From Raja brachyura (taxonomy: Eukaryota), in contig OY740807.1 in assembly GCA_963514005.1 (NCBI GenBank), positions 23,994,001 through 24,058,000 on the forward strand: a stretch of DNA of 64,000 bases. The letters are read 5' to 3'. Below, piece after piece: positions 1 through 12,470 of the stretch (position 1 is its first letter; each line of letters opens with the position of its first letter). Both the position numbers and the translations under genes were made by a program. The notes beneath the pieces were generated by a model. The model searched no databases. It was given only the letters and a program-made list of their open reading frames with translations, and was not told the DNA's origin.

Positions 1-637
1 GCTGAAACTATGAATGAGTTGCTGACATGACAAAGAACCATGAATAATTAAAGAAAAAAATGAAGCATGTCGCAGGTTTCCTTTTATCAGTTAAGAACTA
101 CAGCTGTTAATGCTTATTTCCCCAAATGTTTGGGGAAAAGTTCCTCTTGCATCGGGAACTGTCTTGCCATTGTCCTTCTTCATGTTCTATGGCTTCAGCA
201 TGCAATTCGTATCTGCATGAATTTTCTTCCTTTCTGAACACTAATCAGTTCATTACCCTCTGTCACAGAATAAAGCAAACTTAAAACAATGACAAAAAGG
301 GGTATTTATTTCATGTCTCTGTTATCCAGCTGAAACAGGGCAGTATTTCAGTTTGCTGAGTTCCCTATCAAAACATGGATTACGCTCCTACTTTTCCAAT
401 ATCGAAGAATCAGTCGGGTTATTTAAAGGACAGTGTAACAGAATAACATAGGGTATTACATTAAAGCTCTTGTTCCTATGTACTGTTATTGGAAATATGA
501 ACACCATATCATGTATTTTGTCCTATCTGTAATCAGTGCTTATATTCAGGCTCAGCATAAGTCTCCTCCCATCAATAAAATAGCATACCATATGAGCAAC
601 GCCAAACTGCATCTTGAAGGAATCAAACAAATGATTA

Positions 638-838
638 AGATATACATGAAATGCTGGAGTTACTCAGCGGGTCAGGCAGCATCTCTGGAGAAGACGGAGC
701 CATCTTCAGACTCAATTTTTGGTCTCGACCTGAAACTTCACCTATTCCTTTTCTCCCCAGATGCTGCCTGACCCGCTTTGTTACTCCAGCATTTTGTGTC
801 TATCTTCGGTGTAAACCAGCATCTGCTGTTCTTTCCTA
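638..838. mobile_element. Penelope-like terminal-repeat derivative, fold-back (inverted) dimer insertion
   Basis: Inverted arms (ATGCTGGAGT...CAGGCAGCATCT / AGATGCTGCCTG...ACTCCAGCAT); flanked by CAAACAAAT[G/A]ATTA at 624-637 and 839-852 (13/14 match). Confidence 0.75.
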
Positions 839-1559
839 CAAACAAATAATTATGTTTTGCATTTGATGTGCTGGGCCAGTTTTGACCCAAGCAATTTGAA
901 ATGAGTTGTGAGAATTGCGCAGTCTAGGGGGAATGTATCAGAATCATGTTGATAGCTGTAGTAAGGAGGTACCATAGCTGGTGCTATGCATCAGAAGCAG
1001 TATTTGTAATGATCCTTTTGCTGGCATGGTAGAAGGTTTGTGGCCAGTTAATGCGGTTTGCAGTTTCCCTGTGCGATTCCCCTTGGAAAGTTTGATAGTG
1101 GCATGGTTTTCAGCATCTGGCTCGATGTTAAGACCCACAGCAGCCACTGTTGTGGCAATTTCGCAAATCATTGATTCTTTTTTGTTCATTTTAAAAAAAA
1201 TGTGATTTTCACAAATTGCCCTTGGGAAATGGTGGATGAGCTGCAGCCCGCTATAGTATTGTATTTTTATGACTTGCTTAAGGGTTCATGTGGTGGTATT
1301 GGAACAAGGTTGAGAGATTTATTGGGAAGAGACTATTTATGTGACTCCAACAGTTACATTTCTAGTCAGCATTGGCACCCAAAGTGTTGGCAGTGTAGCA
1401 CTTGGTGATAGTAATGCCACTGAATATTAATGGTAGGAGATTGGAGTCCGTTATTGGGGATGGCGATTGTTGGTAATTTTGTGGGGCCTATTTTACTTAC
1501 TACAAATCATCCCTGGTTTGAATGCTGCCTACATCCCGCTGAATGCAAGAGCGGGCTGC

Positions 1560-2131
1560 TTAATCTGGCCGCATTTGGAATATTGCGAACAGTTTTGGCC
1601 CCCATATCTGTGGAAGGCCGTGCAGGCTCTGGAGAGGGTCCAGAGGACATTTACGGGATTGATCCCATGAATGAGTGGGTTAACATATGATGTGCATTTG
1701 ACGGCACTGCGCCTCTACTCGCTGGAGTTTAGAAGGATGAGGAGAGACCTCACAGAAACTCACCGAATAGTAAAAGGCCTGGATAGAGTGGATGAGGAGA
1801 AGATGTTTCCACTAGTGGGAGAGTCTAGGACAAGAGGTCATTACCTTAGAATAAAAGGACGTTCTTTAGGAAGGAGATGAGGAGGAATTTCTTATGTCAG
1901 AGGGTGGTGAATCTGGAATTCATTGCCATAGAAGGCTGTGTAGGCCAAATTCAATTATATTTTAAGGCAGAGATAGATGGATTCTTGTTTAGTACGGGTG
2001 CCACGAGTTATGGGGAGAAGGCGGGAGAATGGGGTCAGGAAGGAGAGATAGATCAGCCATGATTGAATGATGGAGTATACTTGATGGGCCGAATGGCTTC
2101 ATTCTGCTCCTATCATTTATGAACATATGAA
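1560..2131 (+). mobile_element. CR1-clade LINE (HER1-like) 3' fragment
   Basis: LIWPHLEYCEQFWPPY resembles the CR1 RT C-terminus LVRPHLEYCVQFWSP; LYSLEFRRMRRDL; typical 3' end GGCCGAATGG...TTCTGCTCCTATCA. Confidence 0.88.
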
Positions 2132-2199
2132 CCTATCTGCTGAGAAGTTGGAAATGGTATTGAACAATGTGCAATCATTAGTGAACATTGAACTTCTGG

Positions 2200-3000
2200 C
2201 TTTATGATAGTTTGGAGATTCATGTTCCTTAGGACTAAGTCCTTATCCCTAGATTTGTTGATAAATTTCTCAGCAGCAGGAATATTGTTGGAAATAATTG
2301 TGCATGTGGTGTAAATAACACAGGGTTGCTTGTTGAGAAATAAAATTTGGTGGTTTGCCAGTGATAGTCTGCTATTTGCATGCTTTGTGGGAGTGTAAGG
2401 GTGTAATTTCAATGTTGTTGCCCCATCCAAGATTTTGTCATGTGGTAGGAAGAATAAGGTTTGGGTTCTTCGGTAAACATTTGGGCCTTTGTGAACAACA
2501 GAGGAATAATCATAACAGCAGTCCTGGAATATGCTGGAATTTAAAGATTTGCACTTGGTCTGCTGCCCCATCTTTTTTTGTTGCGGTGGATGTGACTTTG
2601 GAATTCGTTTCCAAAGGTGATTTTCTTTCCTTTGAAAGGCACTGTTCGACCTGAGTACATTTGATGCTTCTGGTTCTTTTCATTTTAAAAGTTGGGTCCA
2701 ACAAAATTAATTCTGTTTGCATATGCATGGGCATGTTAAAACTCTAGTGTCACATACTGCCTGTGCTGATGCTGCACGAAGCCAATGGAGAAAATTGTCG
2801 TGGGTCCCTAGACTCTGGGAAGGAGGGATTCACATCTACGCGTCCTCCTACCTTGGTTTGTAAGATCACAAGGGAGGAGAAGAGTTGTCCACATCCTTCA
2901 AGTATTGTCCAGACAGTTAACCCCCACAAGCCTTCCTTTGTACCTCGCATTTCCCCCCTCCCCCCCCACCCCCCCGCCTCCTCTCAATAAATCTCTCAAC
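2200..3000 (-). pseudogene. Possible highly decayed Ty3/Gypsy integrase relic
   Basis: ORF 2113-2571 has a loose match to integrase core order: SIF...VVHKGP (cf. IVSDNGP), LHPYTP (cf. APYHP), YTTCTIISNNIPAAE (cf. YRTTPHSTTG.SPAE). Confidence 0.3.
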
Positions 3001-3217
3001 TCCTTTTTCATACCGCCACATGTTCTCTTGAACAGGGCATAAAAAGCTACACAGGAGAACACAAAGACAAAATAATTTGTTTTAAAGACACCTTCTGCCT
3101 TTGATAGGATTTCTGACCTAATTGAGAACAAGTTCCTCGCCACTTTGGCAATGAAGTCAGTATCATCATCCTCACTGCTTTCTGGGATTTAAAAGTACCT
3201 TAAAACACCCACCAACT

Positions 3218-3343
3218 TCTGAAGAAAGGTCTTGATCCAAAACGTCACCTATTCCTTTTCTCTCGAGATGCTGCCTGACCCGCTGAGTTACTCCAATTGT
3301 GTCTATTGTCGGTGTAAACCAGCACCGGCAGTTCCTTCCAACA
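3218..3343 (+). mobile_element. Penelope-derived short element with degenerate hammerhead core
   Basis: CTGAAGA-AAGGTCTTGATCC-AAAACGTC (GAAA mutated to AAAA) followed by the family consensus tail. Confidence 0.75.
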
Positions 3344-3475
3344 CATTCCTCTTACACAGTTGTTGTTAAAGGACAAGGAGAGAAAACAAAACTTGGACTT
3401 GATTAGAGATGTTGGTTTGGCAGAAGGTAGTTAACACAGCAGCGATACACTTTATTCCAGTACTGATGAACCTGA

Positions 3476-3660
3476 TGTATAAACACAGCTGTAATTTCTA
3501 CATGGTGAAACCAAAATGTATAAAAATGGTCTTTGATAAAATCTGACAATGTGCACTTTAACCACATGTGATTTTTTTCTATTACAAATCTCAAATTGTG
3601 GAGTACAGAGGCAAATAAATAAATGATGGGTCTTTGTCCCAAACGTTATGGAGGACACTG
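3476..3660. mobile_element. Solo Tc1 terminal inverted repeat (right end)
   Basis: Near-identical to the right IR of the Tc1 at 26488-26673; ends CACTG followed by TA. Confidence 0.85.
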
Positions 3661-3839
3661 TATATATTTATATATATATATGTATATATGTGTGTGTGTA
3701 CATATATATACTGAACTTTTTTCTCTCTTGTTTATTATGTTGTTTACAATGTACTATGTTTACATATTCTGTTGTGCTGCAGCAAGTAAGAATGTCATTG
3801 TTCTATCTGGGACATATGACAATAAAACACTCTTGACTC
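3661..3839 (+). mobile_element. TA/TG microsatellite plus Rex1/Babar-type LINE 3' tail
   Basis: TGTGCTGCAGCAAGTAAGAAT...GACAATAAAACACTCTTGACTC, the same tail as at 41130-41209. Confidence 0.65.
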
Positions 3840-4641
3840 AACACTTTTTCCAGCTAGGAATCTGTTTGATTCTCATGCATCCATATTACTGGATCAAATT
3901 AAGAATTCAGCTATGTTGTTAGCTATGCTTTGGGTGGTAGAATGATATCGTGTTTCAAAGGGAATTGGTATTTGGTTGAGTTGAGAGTGAACATTTCAGT
4001 ACTATTGGCAGTGGCAGGATATTTCTATGAAGTGAATAACTCTTCATGTTAATACAATTTCCCATTGAGCCATTAAAAGTCACCCTGATTGGAGGCTGTT
4101 ATTGAGGATTAAATGGATAAACGCGACTCAAGAGGAAGGTTACTGAGGATATCTGGGCTGCTGGGCAGGTATTTTGATAAATGTATTTTCTATGGGACAC
4201 ATGTGGATTCCCTCTGTGCAGCAATTCACTGTACCTCGGTACACACGTGGCCATAAACTAAACTCAAACTCCCAGGTCTATTGTTTTATTACATTTGTTT
4301 TCTACCAACTAAGTAATTTTAATAAAAATACTTATTGCTCACCGGAGTCACTGCTGAGATTGCAGACTCTTCTTCCTGCTCAGGGCTTAATAATTTTCAT
4401 TGTATTTTTATTGCCTTTGTGACAACGTCACTATTTTGAATAGGACCCCACTGTTCTTGCCCATTATTAGGTATATCAAAAATCAAACCTAGTATGTAGC
4501 TGTGAAAACGTTTTTTCCCCAACTCGGGATATTGCAAGGTGATTTACAACCAATAAAGTGGCTGCAAAGCACTTTGAATAAAGTCATGATTGTAATGTCA
4601 GTAATGTAGCAAGGTTTTACACAGAGATATGTGCAAACTAA

Positions 4642-4920
4642 TGCCCCTGTCCCACTTAGGAAACCTGAACGGAAACCTCTGGAGACTTTGCTCCCCACCC
4701 AAGGTTTCCATGCGGTTCCCGGAGGTTTTTGTCAGTCTCCCTAATGGTCGAAAGTGGTTTCCGTTTTAAAAATCAGTAATTTTCTAGTCGAAGCCGGTTG
4801 CGATGCTAGTTGAAGGTGGTTGCCGGAAGACAAAAACCTCTGGGAACCGCACGGAAACCTTGGGTGTGGTGCAAAGTCTCCAGAGGTTTTCGTTCAGGTT
4901 TCCTAAGTGGGACAGGGGCA
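4642..4920. mobile_element. PIF/Harbinger-type MITE
   Basis: Long TIR TGCCCCTGTCCCACTTAGGAAACCTGAAC... matched by ...GTTCAGGTTTCCTAAGTGGGACAGGGGCA; TAA target duplication on both sides. Confidence 0.88.
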
Positions 4921-6037
4921 TAACTGATTTTTATTGATGTTGCTTGAGTGATAAGTATATTTCTGTAAAAAATATTTTAAATTTGTCTTTCACTGAAATA
5001 ATAACTAAATGTGAGAAACATTCAATAGGTCACGCAGTATCTGTGAGAATATAATTCAGTTCTACTGATGGGTCCCCGGCCTAAAATGTTAACTGTTTCC
5101 CTTTCCACAGATCCTGTCTGAGTGTTCCCAGCATTTGTTTGTTCTTATTTCAGATTTTCAGCTGCAGTTTTTTTTTTAACATTCATTGTCCATAACTTGT
5201 CTTTCCTGGGTGCCGTAACCAAATGCAACTAACTTGAATGAATCTTTGTAAATGGCCATTTCTGTTATATGCAGCCTTAGTAGAACCACTTCACGTAATT
5301 CTGAGTTGTTTCAGAGCATCAATAAATTCTTGTTTTAGGACCAGCCAATCCTTCCCTCTTTGCTGTTGGCAGCCAGACCTTTATTTTTATTTCACTTCTT
5401 CATGAGGAGCTTCCAGATGATTCTACTTTAATCAGGTGCTCTAATTTGGGGGTTTCAGGAATGTTAATGGACTTGGCTGTTTAGTAGTAACCTGCAAGGT
5501 TGATCAAAAATTAATCTTGAATTAAAAACAACACTTTCCTGCAGCTGACTTTGACAAATCTGGTGGATTTACTCTGAATGCACAGTTCCTGCAGACTGTA
5601 ACTGGTCATTGTGTGCAGTCATTCATGATACACAAGTTCTAATTGCACACGTTCTAATTTCTATCTAAGATTAAAAGGTTGATACATGATGCAGTTCCTG
5701 TGCATTGCCTCATAGCTTTTACATTTTAGAGTAGCCTTTTTGAGATGGTTTTCAATTAGTGTGTAAGAATCCCACTTGTTCCTGATGCTTGGAGATTGAG
5801 ACTTGAACACCCCGACGCACATTCTGCCACCAGTTTTCCGCACAAGTGTAAATTCATTGTTCTTTAGACTTACCTGGTGTGCGTTCAAAATCCAATCTTA
5901 CCGCAGAATGCTCAGAAGAAATCATAGACTTGCTCTGCGATCAGCTTATATGTTTTGTTATTTATTAATACTGCTATGTTTGTGACTCCCTCGACAATTC
6001 CCCTTTATTCCCCAATCAACATGGGAGAATACAATGT

Positions 6038-6206
6038 GGAAACACCGAACTGCAGATGCTGGTTCACAAAAAAAAGACACGCTGTGCTGGGAGAACTGAG
6101 TGGGTCAGGCAGCATTCCTGGAGGACATGGGCAGAGGATATTTCGACCTGAAACAGGACCTGCTTCCTGACACGCTGAGCTACTCTAGCACTCTTTTTTT
6201 TTTTTA
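6038..6206. mobile_element. Penelope-derived fold-back insertion
   Basis: Family arms in inverted arrangement; perfect 13-bp TSD GAGAATACAATGT at 6025-6037 and 6207-6219. Confidence 0.78.
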
Positions 6207-6445
6207 GAGAATACAATGTTATGGAGATTATTTATAGTTTTCCCTTGTTTCTTCCCTCGGCCAATTAATCTTTCAACCACATATTGCCTGCTTAAGAACC
6301 TTGGATGCTTAATCAAAATCAATTTAATTTAACGCAATGCTTGTCCTTGTTCAGCCTGTGGACTTGGTTAAAATCTTCTACAGTCTTGTCCTTGATTATT
6401 CCTGTAATTATTGCAGCCCACCCCCAATTTGTTTATGGGGACAAT

Positions 6446-6685
6446 AAGGAACTGTAGTTGCTGGAATCTTTAGTAGAACACAAAGTGCTGGAGTAACTCA
6501 GTGGGTGAAGCATCATCTTTGTAGTACATAGATGGACGACTTTTCGGATCGGGACTCTTCTTCAGACCGATTGAGCTCCCGATCTCCCCCTCATCCCCCT
6601 ACTACAATCAAATCAATGTGTTGCCGATCAATGTTCTCCAGAGATGCTGCCTGACCCGCCGAGTTACTCCAACACTTTGTGTTTC
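6446..6685. mobile_element. Penelope-derived fold-back element with minus-strand hammerhead-like core at 6535-6567
   Basis: Reverse complement reads GTCTGAAGAAGAGTCCCGATCCGAAAAGTC; inverted family arms. Confidence 0.72.
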
Positions 6686-6714
6686 ATTCCTACTTGGTTT
6701 TATTCACTTCTTAG

Positions 6715-7570
6715 GCCATGATTATTCCCAGGCCATAATGCCTTTGAAAGGGTAACAGTGAGCTGCTGTCTTGAACTATCTCAATCCTGTTGGTGAAGGT
6801 ACTCCCACAAAGCTGTTGGGGAGTAAACTCCAGGATTTAGACCGAGTGACGAAGGAATGGTAATATTTTCAATTCCAGTTGGCATTCACTTGGTGGGTCA
6901 GAATGGCTGTTTAAGTTACTGCTGTGCATTTTTAGATGGTGCTTTCTACAGCTGTGGTATGTCAATGGGGGAGAGAAAAGTGATTTAGGAAGTGTGTTAT
7001 TTAGCAATTAAGTGGGCTGTTTTGTCCCAGATGGTGCAGAGCTGTTTGAGTGTTGGAGCTCATCTCGGCCAGCAGTCTGCATTCCATTACATTCCTGACT
7101 TGCGCCTTGCAAGTGGTGGAAAGATCTTGGATGTGTCAGAAAGTGTAACTCGTTGCAGGCTATCCAACCTCTCTGATCTGCATTTGTGGCCACAGAATTT
7201 ATGCGGCTGCTCCAACCGCCTTTGTGTTCAGCGGTGACCGCCGCAGAAGATTGATGGTGGAGAACTCGATGATGGTAAGGCCATTGAATGCCACAGGGAG
7301 TTAGAATTGATCAAGTGCAAGTCAACATTATGCCATCATCGATAAACGTCCCCCCTTCTGACCTTACGATGGAAGGAAGACCTTGATGAAGGAGAAGATG
7401 ATTGGGCCTAGGCTATAGTCCTGAGAAACTACAGCGGCGACATCCGAGGGCTGTAATGATCACAACTAATTTCCTTTGTGGAAGGTGTGGCTTTAACCGC
7501 TGGAATGTTTTCTATTTGCAGTATATTCGTTTTACTTTTCCCTGGTTGCTTGATGTCGAGGGAAGGTAGT
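6715..7570 (-). mobile_element. Ancient CR1/L2-group LINE fragment; related pieces near 18360-18720, 19780-20520, 31420-31600 and 38050-38560
   Basis: Mutual similarity among the copies; the piece near 31500 encodes a degraded GDFNVHH-like APE endonuclease motif on the minus strand. Confidence 0.45.
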
Positions 7571-9558
7571 CAGCTCTGGCCCATATTTCGATCAAGTCTG
7601 CCTTGGCTCGAGGGCGGAACTGTTCCAGTAAAACACTCTACTCAATCCTATATCATTCTGCATCTCCAGCAGCATTCATTTTGAACAAGCTCTAAATTTT
7701 CCTGATACAGGGGATCCCTGTGTTATGAAGACCTGGTTTATGTCAACCCAACCTCATGTATATTCCCCCCATAAAGTTTTTTTAATGATTTTCAAGACAA
7801 AAAACATAATTTTCAGAAAGCATATATCTTTGGGAGTTATGGAATAAGGGTAGTCGCTAGTTAGTTCAAAAGAAAACAATTAAAAAAAAAAAGTGTTTAC
7901 ATATAACCTCCCCACAATAATCAAAATGACACATTGTCTTTCATAGCAACCAGTGCATAACAGGTCACTTAAGAGATTTGCTTTGGAAACTGGCAAGGCA
8001 AATTGCTTCTGTTCATAAAACAATGTAACATCCATTGATACTTTTATGGCCATTGAACTATCCATTGAATATGGGACATTCTGTTTCTGTACTATTTGTA
8101 ACCACTTGGGGAAAGACACTAACTAAATGATAATTAACCAGCGTTGAAACTGTTTATGACTTATGAAGAAAAAATGATTTATGGACAGTTTTGAGGTACA
8201 AAACCCTTGCGTAAAACAGGGACTGTTTATATCTCCTTGGCTTTCCTTGATTAGGCGTAATTTTGGACAGAATATACTCCTGTGGAGCATCTTGGGAATT
8301 ATTAACTAGAGTGCAGGTTATATGCAATAAAGAAGTTTATAGATGACTATATTTTTTAGAGTGTGTACATATGTACAAATACGGTTTAAATCTCCAGACA
8401 CCAAGTTTTCAAAGTTGAGATTTCCCTGCATGAAATCTGTTTTGTTCATTATTAGAACCTGTACCATATGTCAGAACTGAATCTTATATCAGATTGTCTG
8501 CATCTTCTATGACTACACATCACATGAAATGAACTATTCTACTTTCTTGAATGTCTTGAGCACATTCTGAGACCAACAATCTTTTTGCATCCCAAGTTAT
8601 TCCATTTGTAACGTTTAATTATCCATGCACTGCCCAATGATCTGCTGTATCTTAACCATATTCTGCTGCTTGAGATCTGGGATGAATGCAGCTTGCTTGC
8701 TCATTTGACTTTAGGCCTTAGACTCCTGCATTGATCCTTTAATATCAGTATTTATTTATAATCCATTTAATTTCCTTTGAGATATTCACTATTATGATAA
8801 AACGCCAATTTTTGTTTCTCGTTTCCATTTATCTTTCCACAGTTCTGGCAATGCTTAATATTATTTACGTGTGGATTTTCTAAGTACACAATGTTGTCAA
8901 CATTACTTCAGCAACACATTTGACTCCAGAAGGCAGTAAATGTTTCTGGTGGAGAGCCATATGCAGTTTGTTGAGCGTACATTATGCTGCGTCTTTGCAT
9001 TATAGGAGATCGTTGACCTGAAATGTTAACAGTTGCTTTCTCCACAGATGCTGTCTGACCTCCTGACTATTTCCAGAAATAGCTGCTTTTTGTTTAGATT
9101 TACGGCATCTACTATTTTGCTTCTGTGTATTTGTTTTAACTTCTGGCACACAACACAGAATTAATTTTGGATCCCACCACAGCATGGAAAAAAAATCACT
9201 TTCATGATTGTATATTAGATTCTTTGCAACACCTCCCTCTTTCCTACTAATGACAGACAGCCCATCATTTCATTGAATTTACAGCACAGAATCAGGCAAT
9301 TCGGCCCAACTAGTTTCACGGTGGGAATAAATAGAGGAAATATTGATGGTGTTCAATAGATTATTGGGCAGCATCTCAAAAGCGGTGATAGAGTTTATGT
9401 CCCAGAACTAGGAAATATTCTGATATAAAGATGGTTTAAATAAGTGCAGAGGCTGGGAAAAGAGGAGCTAAAATAAATCAAGCCTTAATATAGGATGAAA
9501 GACAATTGCTAAATGACAAACAGGAATAATGTTGTAAGAAACAGGTGATAAATGGGTA

Positions 9559-9685
9559 GGAAGGAACTGCCTGGTTTTCACCAAAGATGCTGGTTTACAT
9601 GTAAGATAGACACTAAATGCTTGAGTAACTCAGTGGGACAGGCAGCATCTCTGGCGAGAAGGAATGGGTGACGTTCTGGATGAGA
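9559..9685 (-). mobile_element. Penelope-derived short element
   Basis: GGAAGGAACTGC...AGATAGACAC...GGCAGCATCTCTGG...GGGTGACGTT family sequence. Confidence 0.72.
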
Positions 9686-10315
9686 TATTTTTGTTTTGAA
9701 AATCACGAAGACCTCTGGTGGAATAAATAAGGAGAAATGATTCCCAGGACTGATGAACAATTCACCAGTGAACGCTGACTGGTAAACGATCTGGAGCAAA
9801 TGTGAGGAAATATTTTTTTTGCAGTGAGTTCTTTGGATTTGGAATGGACTGCCCGAAAGAAAGAAGGATAAAATTTCACTGTTGAACTTCAAAAAGAATT
9901 GAGTGAGTGCAAAGAAGAAAGGATTACAAGTGTGCTCGGAAAGTGAAGGGAATCAGAACTAACTGTTTGAAGTGCTGGTTCAAAGATTTTGGGCGGAATT
10001 GTTTCCTCCTTTGGTGTAACTGTTCTGTTTCCTGGCCTATTTTCCTTTGTTTCGTGGCAGTTCTATCCCTTTCTTTTAGAAATTAATCTCTTCCCATGCA
10101 TCTGGTACAATTAATTCATATTTTTGAGATTCACTGAGTCATTCCATTACATTCCAGTAAAGGTCAGCAGCTTCCTGTGTTTTTCTCATCGGGCCTACAG
10201 CATCAAAATATTGCACTTCCCTTTTAATGTTTTTTTTGCAGAGGAATCACTGCGTAAATAATTTTGGCGTCACTTTGACCTTTTTGTATTCTTAATTAAC
10301 AGCATACAATATCTG

Positions 10316-10885
10316 TGTACGAAGGAACCGCAGATGCTAGTTTACACTGAAGATAGACACAAATTGATGGAGTACCTCAGCGGGACAGGCAGCATCTTTA
10401 ATGGGCAATGTTACGGATCGAGACACTTCTTCAGACTGAGAGTCAGGGGAGAGGTAGACACAGAGATGAGGAAGGGGAAAAGTGTCAAAACAAGACATCA
10501 AAAGAGATGAAGTTCACGGAAAGTGTAGAATGGATCTTTGTCAGCAAGGATAAGTTGACAACAAAGCAAACAGAGATAAAATGTAATCAGGGAGACAGTC
10601 AGACTGTTTGGAGAACCGGGAAGGGGGAGGGATGGAGAGAGAGGGAAAGCAAGGGTTGCCTGAAGTTAGGAAGGTCAATGTTCATACCGATGGGGTGTAA
10701 GCTGCCCAAGCGAAATATGAGGTGCTCTTCCACCAATTTGCGCTGCACCTCCCTCAAGACAATGGAGGATGCCCAAGATAGAAATGTCAGTGGGGGAATG
10801 GGAAGGGTAGTTAAAGTGTTTAGCAATCTGGAGATCAGGTAGGTTTAGGCAGACTGAGTGGAGGTGTTCAGTGAAAGAATCGCTG
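10316..10885 (-). mobile_element. Penelope-like retroelement 3' fragment: GIY-YIG endonuclease C-terminus, 3' UTR and hammerhead-bearing terminal repeat
   Basis: ORF 10599-10826 reads QRKLVEEHLIFRLGSLHPIGMNIDL, the typical PLE endonuclease end R..E...I..L.TL.P.G.N; contiguous on the same strand with the repeat that forms the short elements. Confidence 0.82.
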
Positions 10886-10892
10886 ACATTAT

Positions 10893-11013
10893 TTGTTTAA
10901 GAAGGAACTGCAGATGCTGGAAAATCGAAGGTAGACAAAAATGCTGGAGAAACTCAGCGGGTGAGGCAGCATCTATGGAGCGAAAAAAATAGGCAAAGTT
11001 TCAGGTCAAAACC
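10893..11013 (-). mobile_element. Penelope terminal-repeat unit (second subfamily), in tandem with the fragment above
   Basis: AAGAAGGAACTGCAGATGCTGGAAAATCGAAGGTAGACAAAAATGCTGGAGAAACTCAGCGGG. Confidence 0.75.
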
Positions 11014-11689
11014 AGACGATATTTGGTCTGATATCTGACAATATCTGGTCAGATTTCAGCTGAAGGACCAAAAAATTCAGTGGGGCAGATGTATCCACCA
11101 TGCAACGGTGCAAATCGCCCTCCGGATCAGAGCCGTGTTGTGTCCACTGAAGAAGAGAAATCTGTGTAGTGATATCTGGAATAATTTTCAGTTTTCCCCA
11201 CCCAGAGCTTAATGCAGGCACTACCACGTCTTCTACTGCAGGATCTTAAGATGCAGAGTAGAACTCCTGAAAGGCATTTTAACTCCAATTCCATAAAATA
11301 AATATGCTGGACTTGTGTTACTGAATTTCCCCAAACCAGGCATCCTTGTGATCTTGTATGGTATTCCTAAATAATTGCTAATTATGTGCAATTCTGTTGT
11401 ACCACATCCACAATAAATTTGATTCTTTAAACTTGCTCAAACAAAATTGTTAACAGCTGGTTCGGAGTGGTTTTGATCAATGTGTGTGGTCAACCCAAGG
11501 TAAAAAGATAATGTGGTTGCGCCTGGTGACATTTGCTCAGTCTTCTGTGAGGTTTTTTAACTGTCAGGTGTTGCAGGACTGCCCTCTATGTAAGAAAATA
11601 CTGCTTTCAAACAATGAATTAGTTGTATTTATTGTTCCTTTGTGCAAAACTACGATGATTTTGTCGTTTTTATTGCTTTGTGCGTGCTC

Positions 11690-12470
11690 TGTTGAGGCGC
11701 TGCTGGGCCGTCCCCGTCCCCGTCCCCTCCTGGGTGTCCCGTTCCTATCCGGCTAGCGGGGCGCCGGGCGGCCCGGATTTGCAGCCGGCGCGGGGGGGGG
11801 GGGGTCTGGCTCCAGCTCTGCTCTGCTCCGGCTCCCGAGCGGGCCATTCCCCGGCGGGCTGGGACCGTCGGCTGCGCCTCTCTCCTTGTCCAGTGGCTGT
11901 CGGTTGGCCCCCTCGGTGCCGGTGGGCGTCGAGCGACGGTCATCGGTGGGGATGCACATGGGGTGCTGCACACGGGGTGGTTCGGCGGGCCAGGCAACTT
12001 CTCTGAGGAAGGGTATCGACCCGAAACGTCACCCATTCCTTTTCTCCGGGGATGCTGCCTGTCCAGCTGAGTTGCTGCAGTGCTTTGCGTGTATCCCCGT
12101 CGATGGCTGGTGCTCGACCTCCGGCGGCGCCGGTGGGGTTGTCTGGCGGCCGCTCGGTGGAGCAGCTGGTGGTCCCCGTCCTGTTGGGGGCAGGTTCCTC
12201 AGGAGTTGGAGCGGGGTTGGGCTGGAGTTGGAGCTTCTTCTCTGCGCTGGTTGTGGGCCTGGGGCTGCTGGTGTCCCGTCAGTCCGGGATCGCCCTGGAT
12301 GTCTCTGGCTTGCGCCCGGGCGGGGATGGGACACTCGGGTGGGGACACACACGCACGCACGCGCACACACACATATCCAGTGGCGGTTTGGCAACACTCA
12401 AACCTGGCTGCGGATGAAGTGCGGGTCTGTGTGTGCGCGCAGCTGCTGAGAATGCCTCTCCGCTGGTCCA
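11690..12470. promoter_or_regulatory. CpG-island-like GC-rich segment in the region upstream of the first HIP1 exon seen (probably intron 1)
   Basis: Abrupt GC/CpG enrichment in an AT-rich background; not assignable to a repeat family I recognise. Confidence 0.55.
12003..12030 (+). ncRNA. Minimal type I hammerhead ribozyme core with all catalytic boxes intact, inside a Penelope-derived unit at 12002-12095
   Basis: CUGAGGA-A-GGGU(AUCG)ACCC-GAAAC-GUC; helix I essentially absent in this copy. Confidence 0.6.

Noticed and set aside
5865-5905. Minus-strand splice donors (CAG|GTAAGT) suggesting an antisense exon
   Set aside because: No convincing acceptor, ORF or partner exon; such motifs are expected by chance in 64 kb
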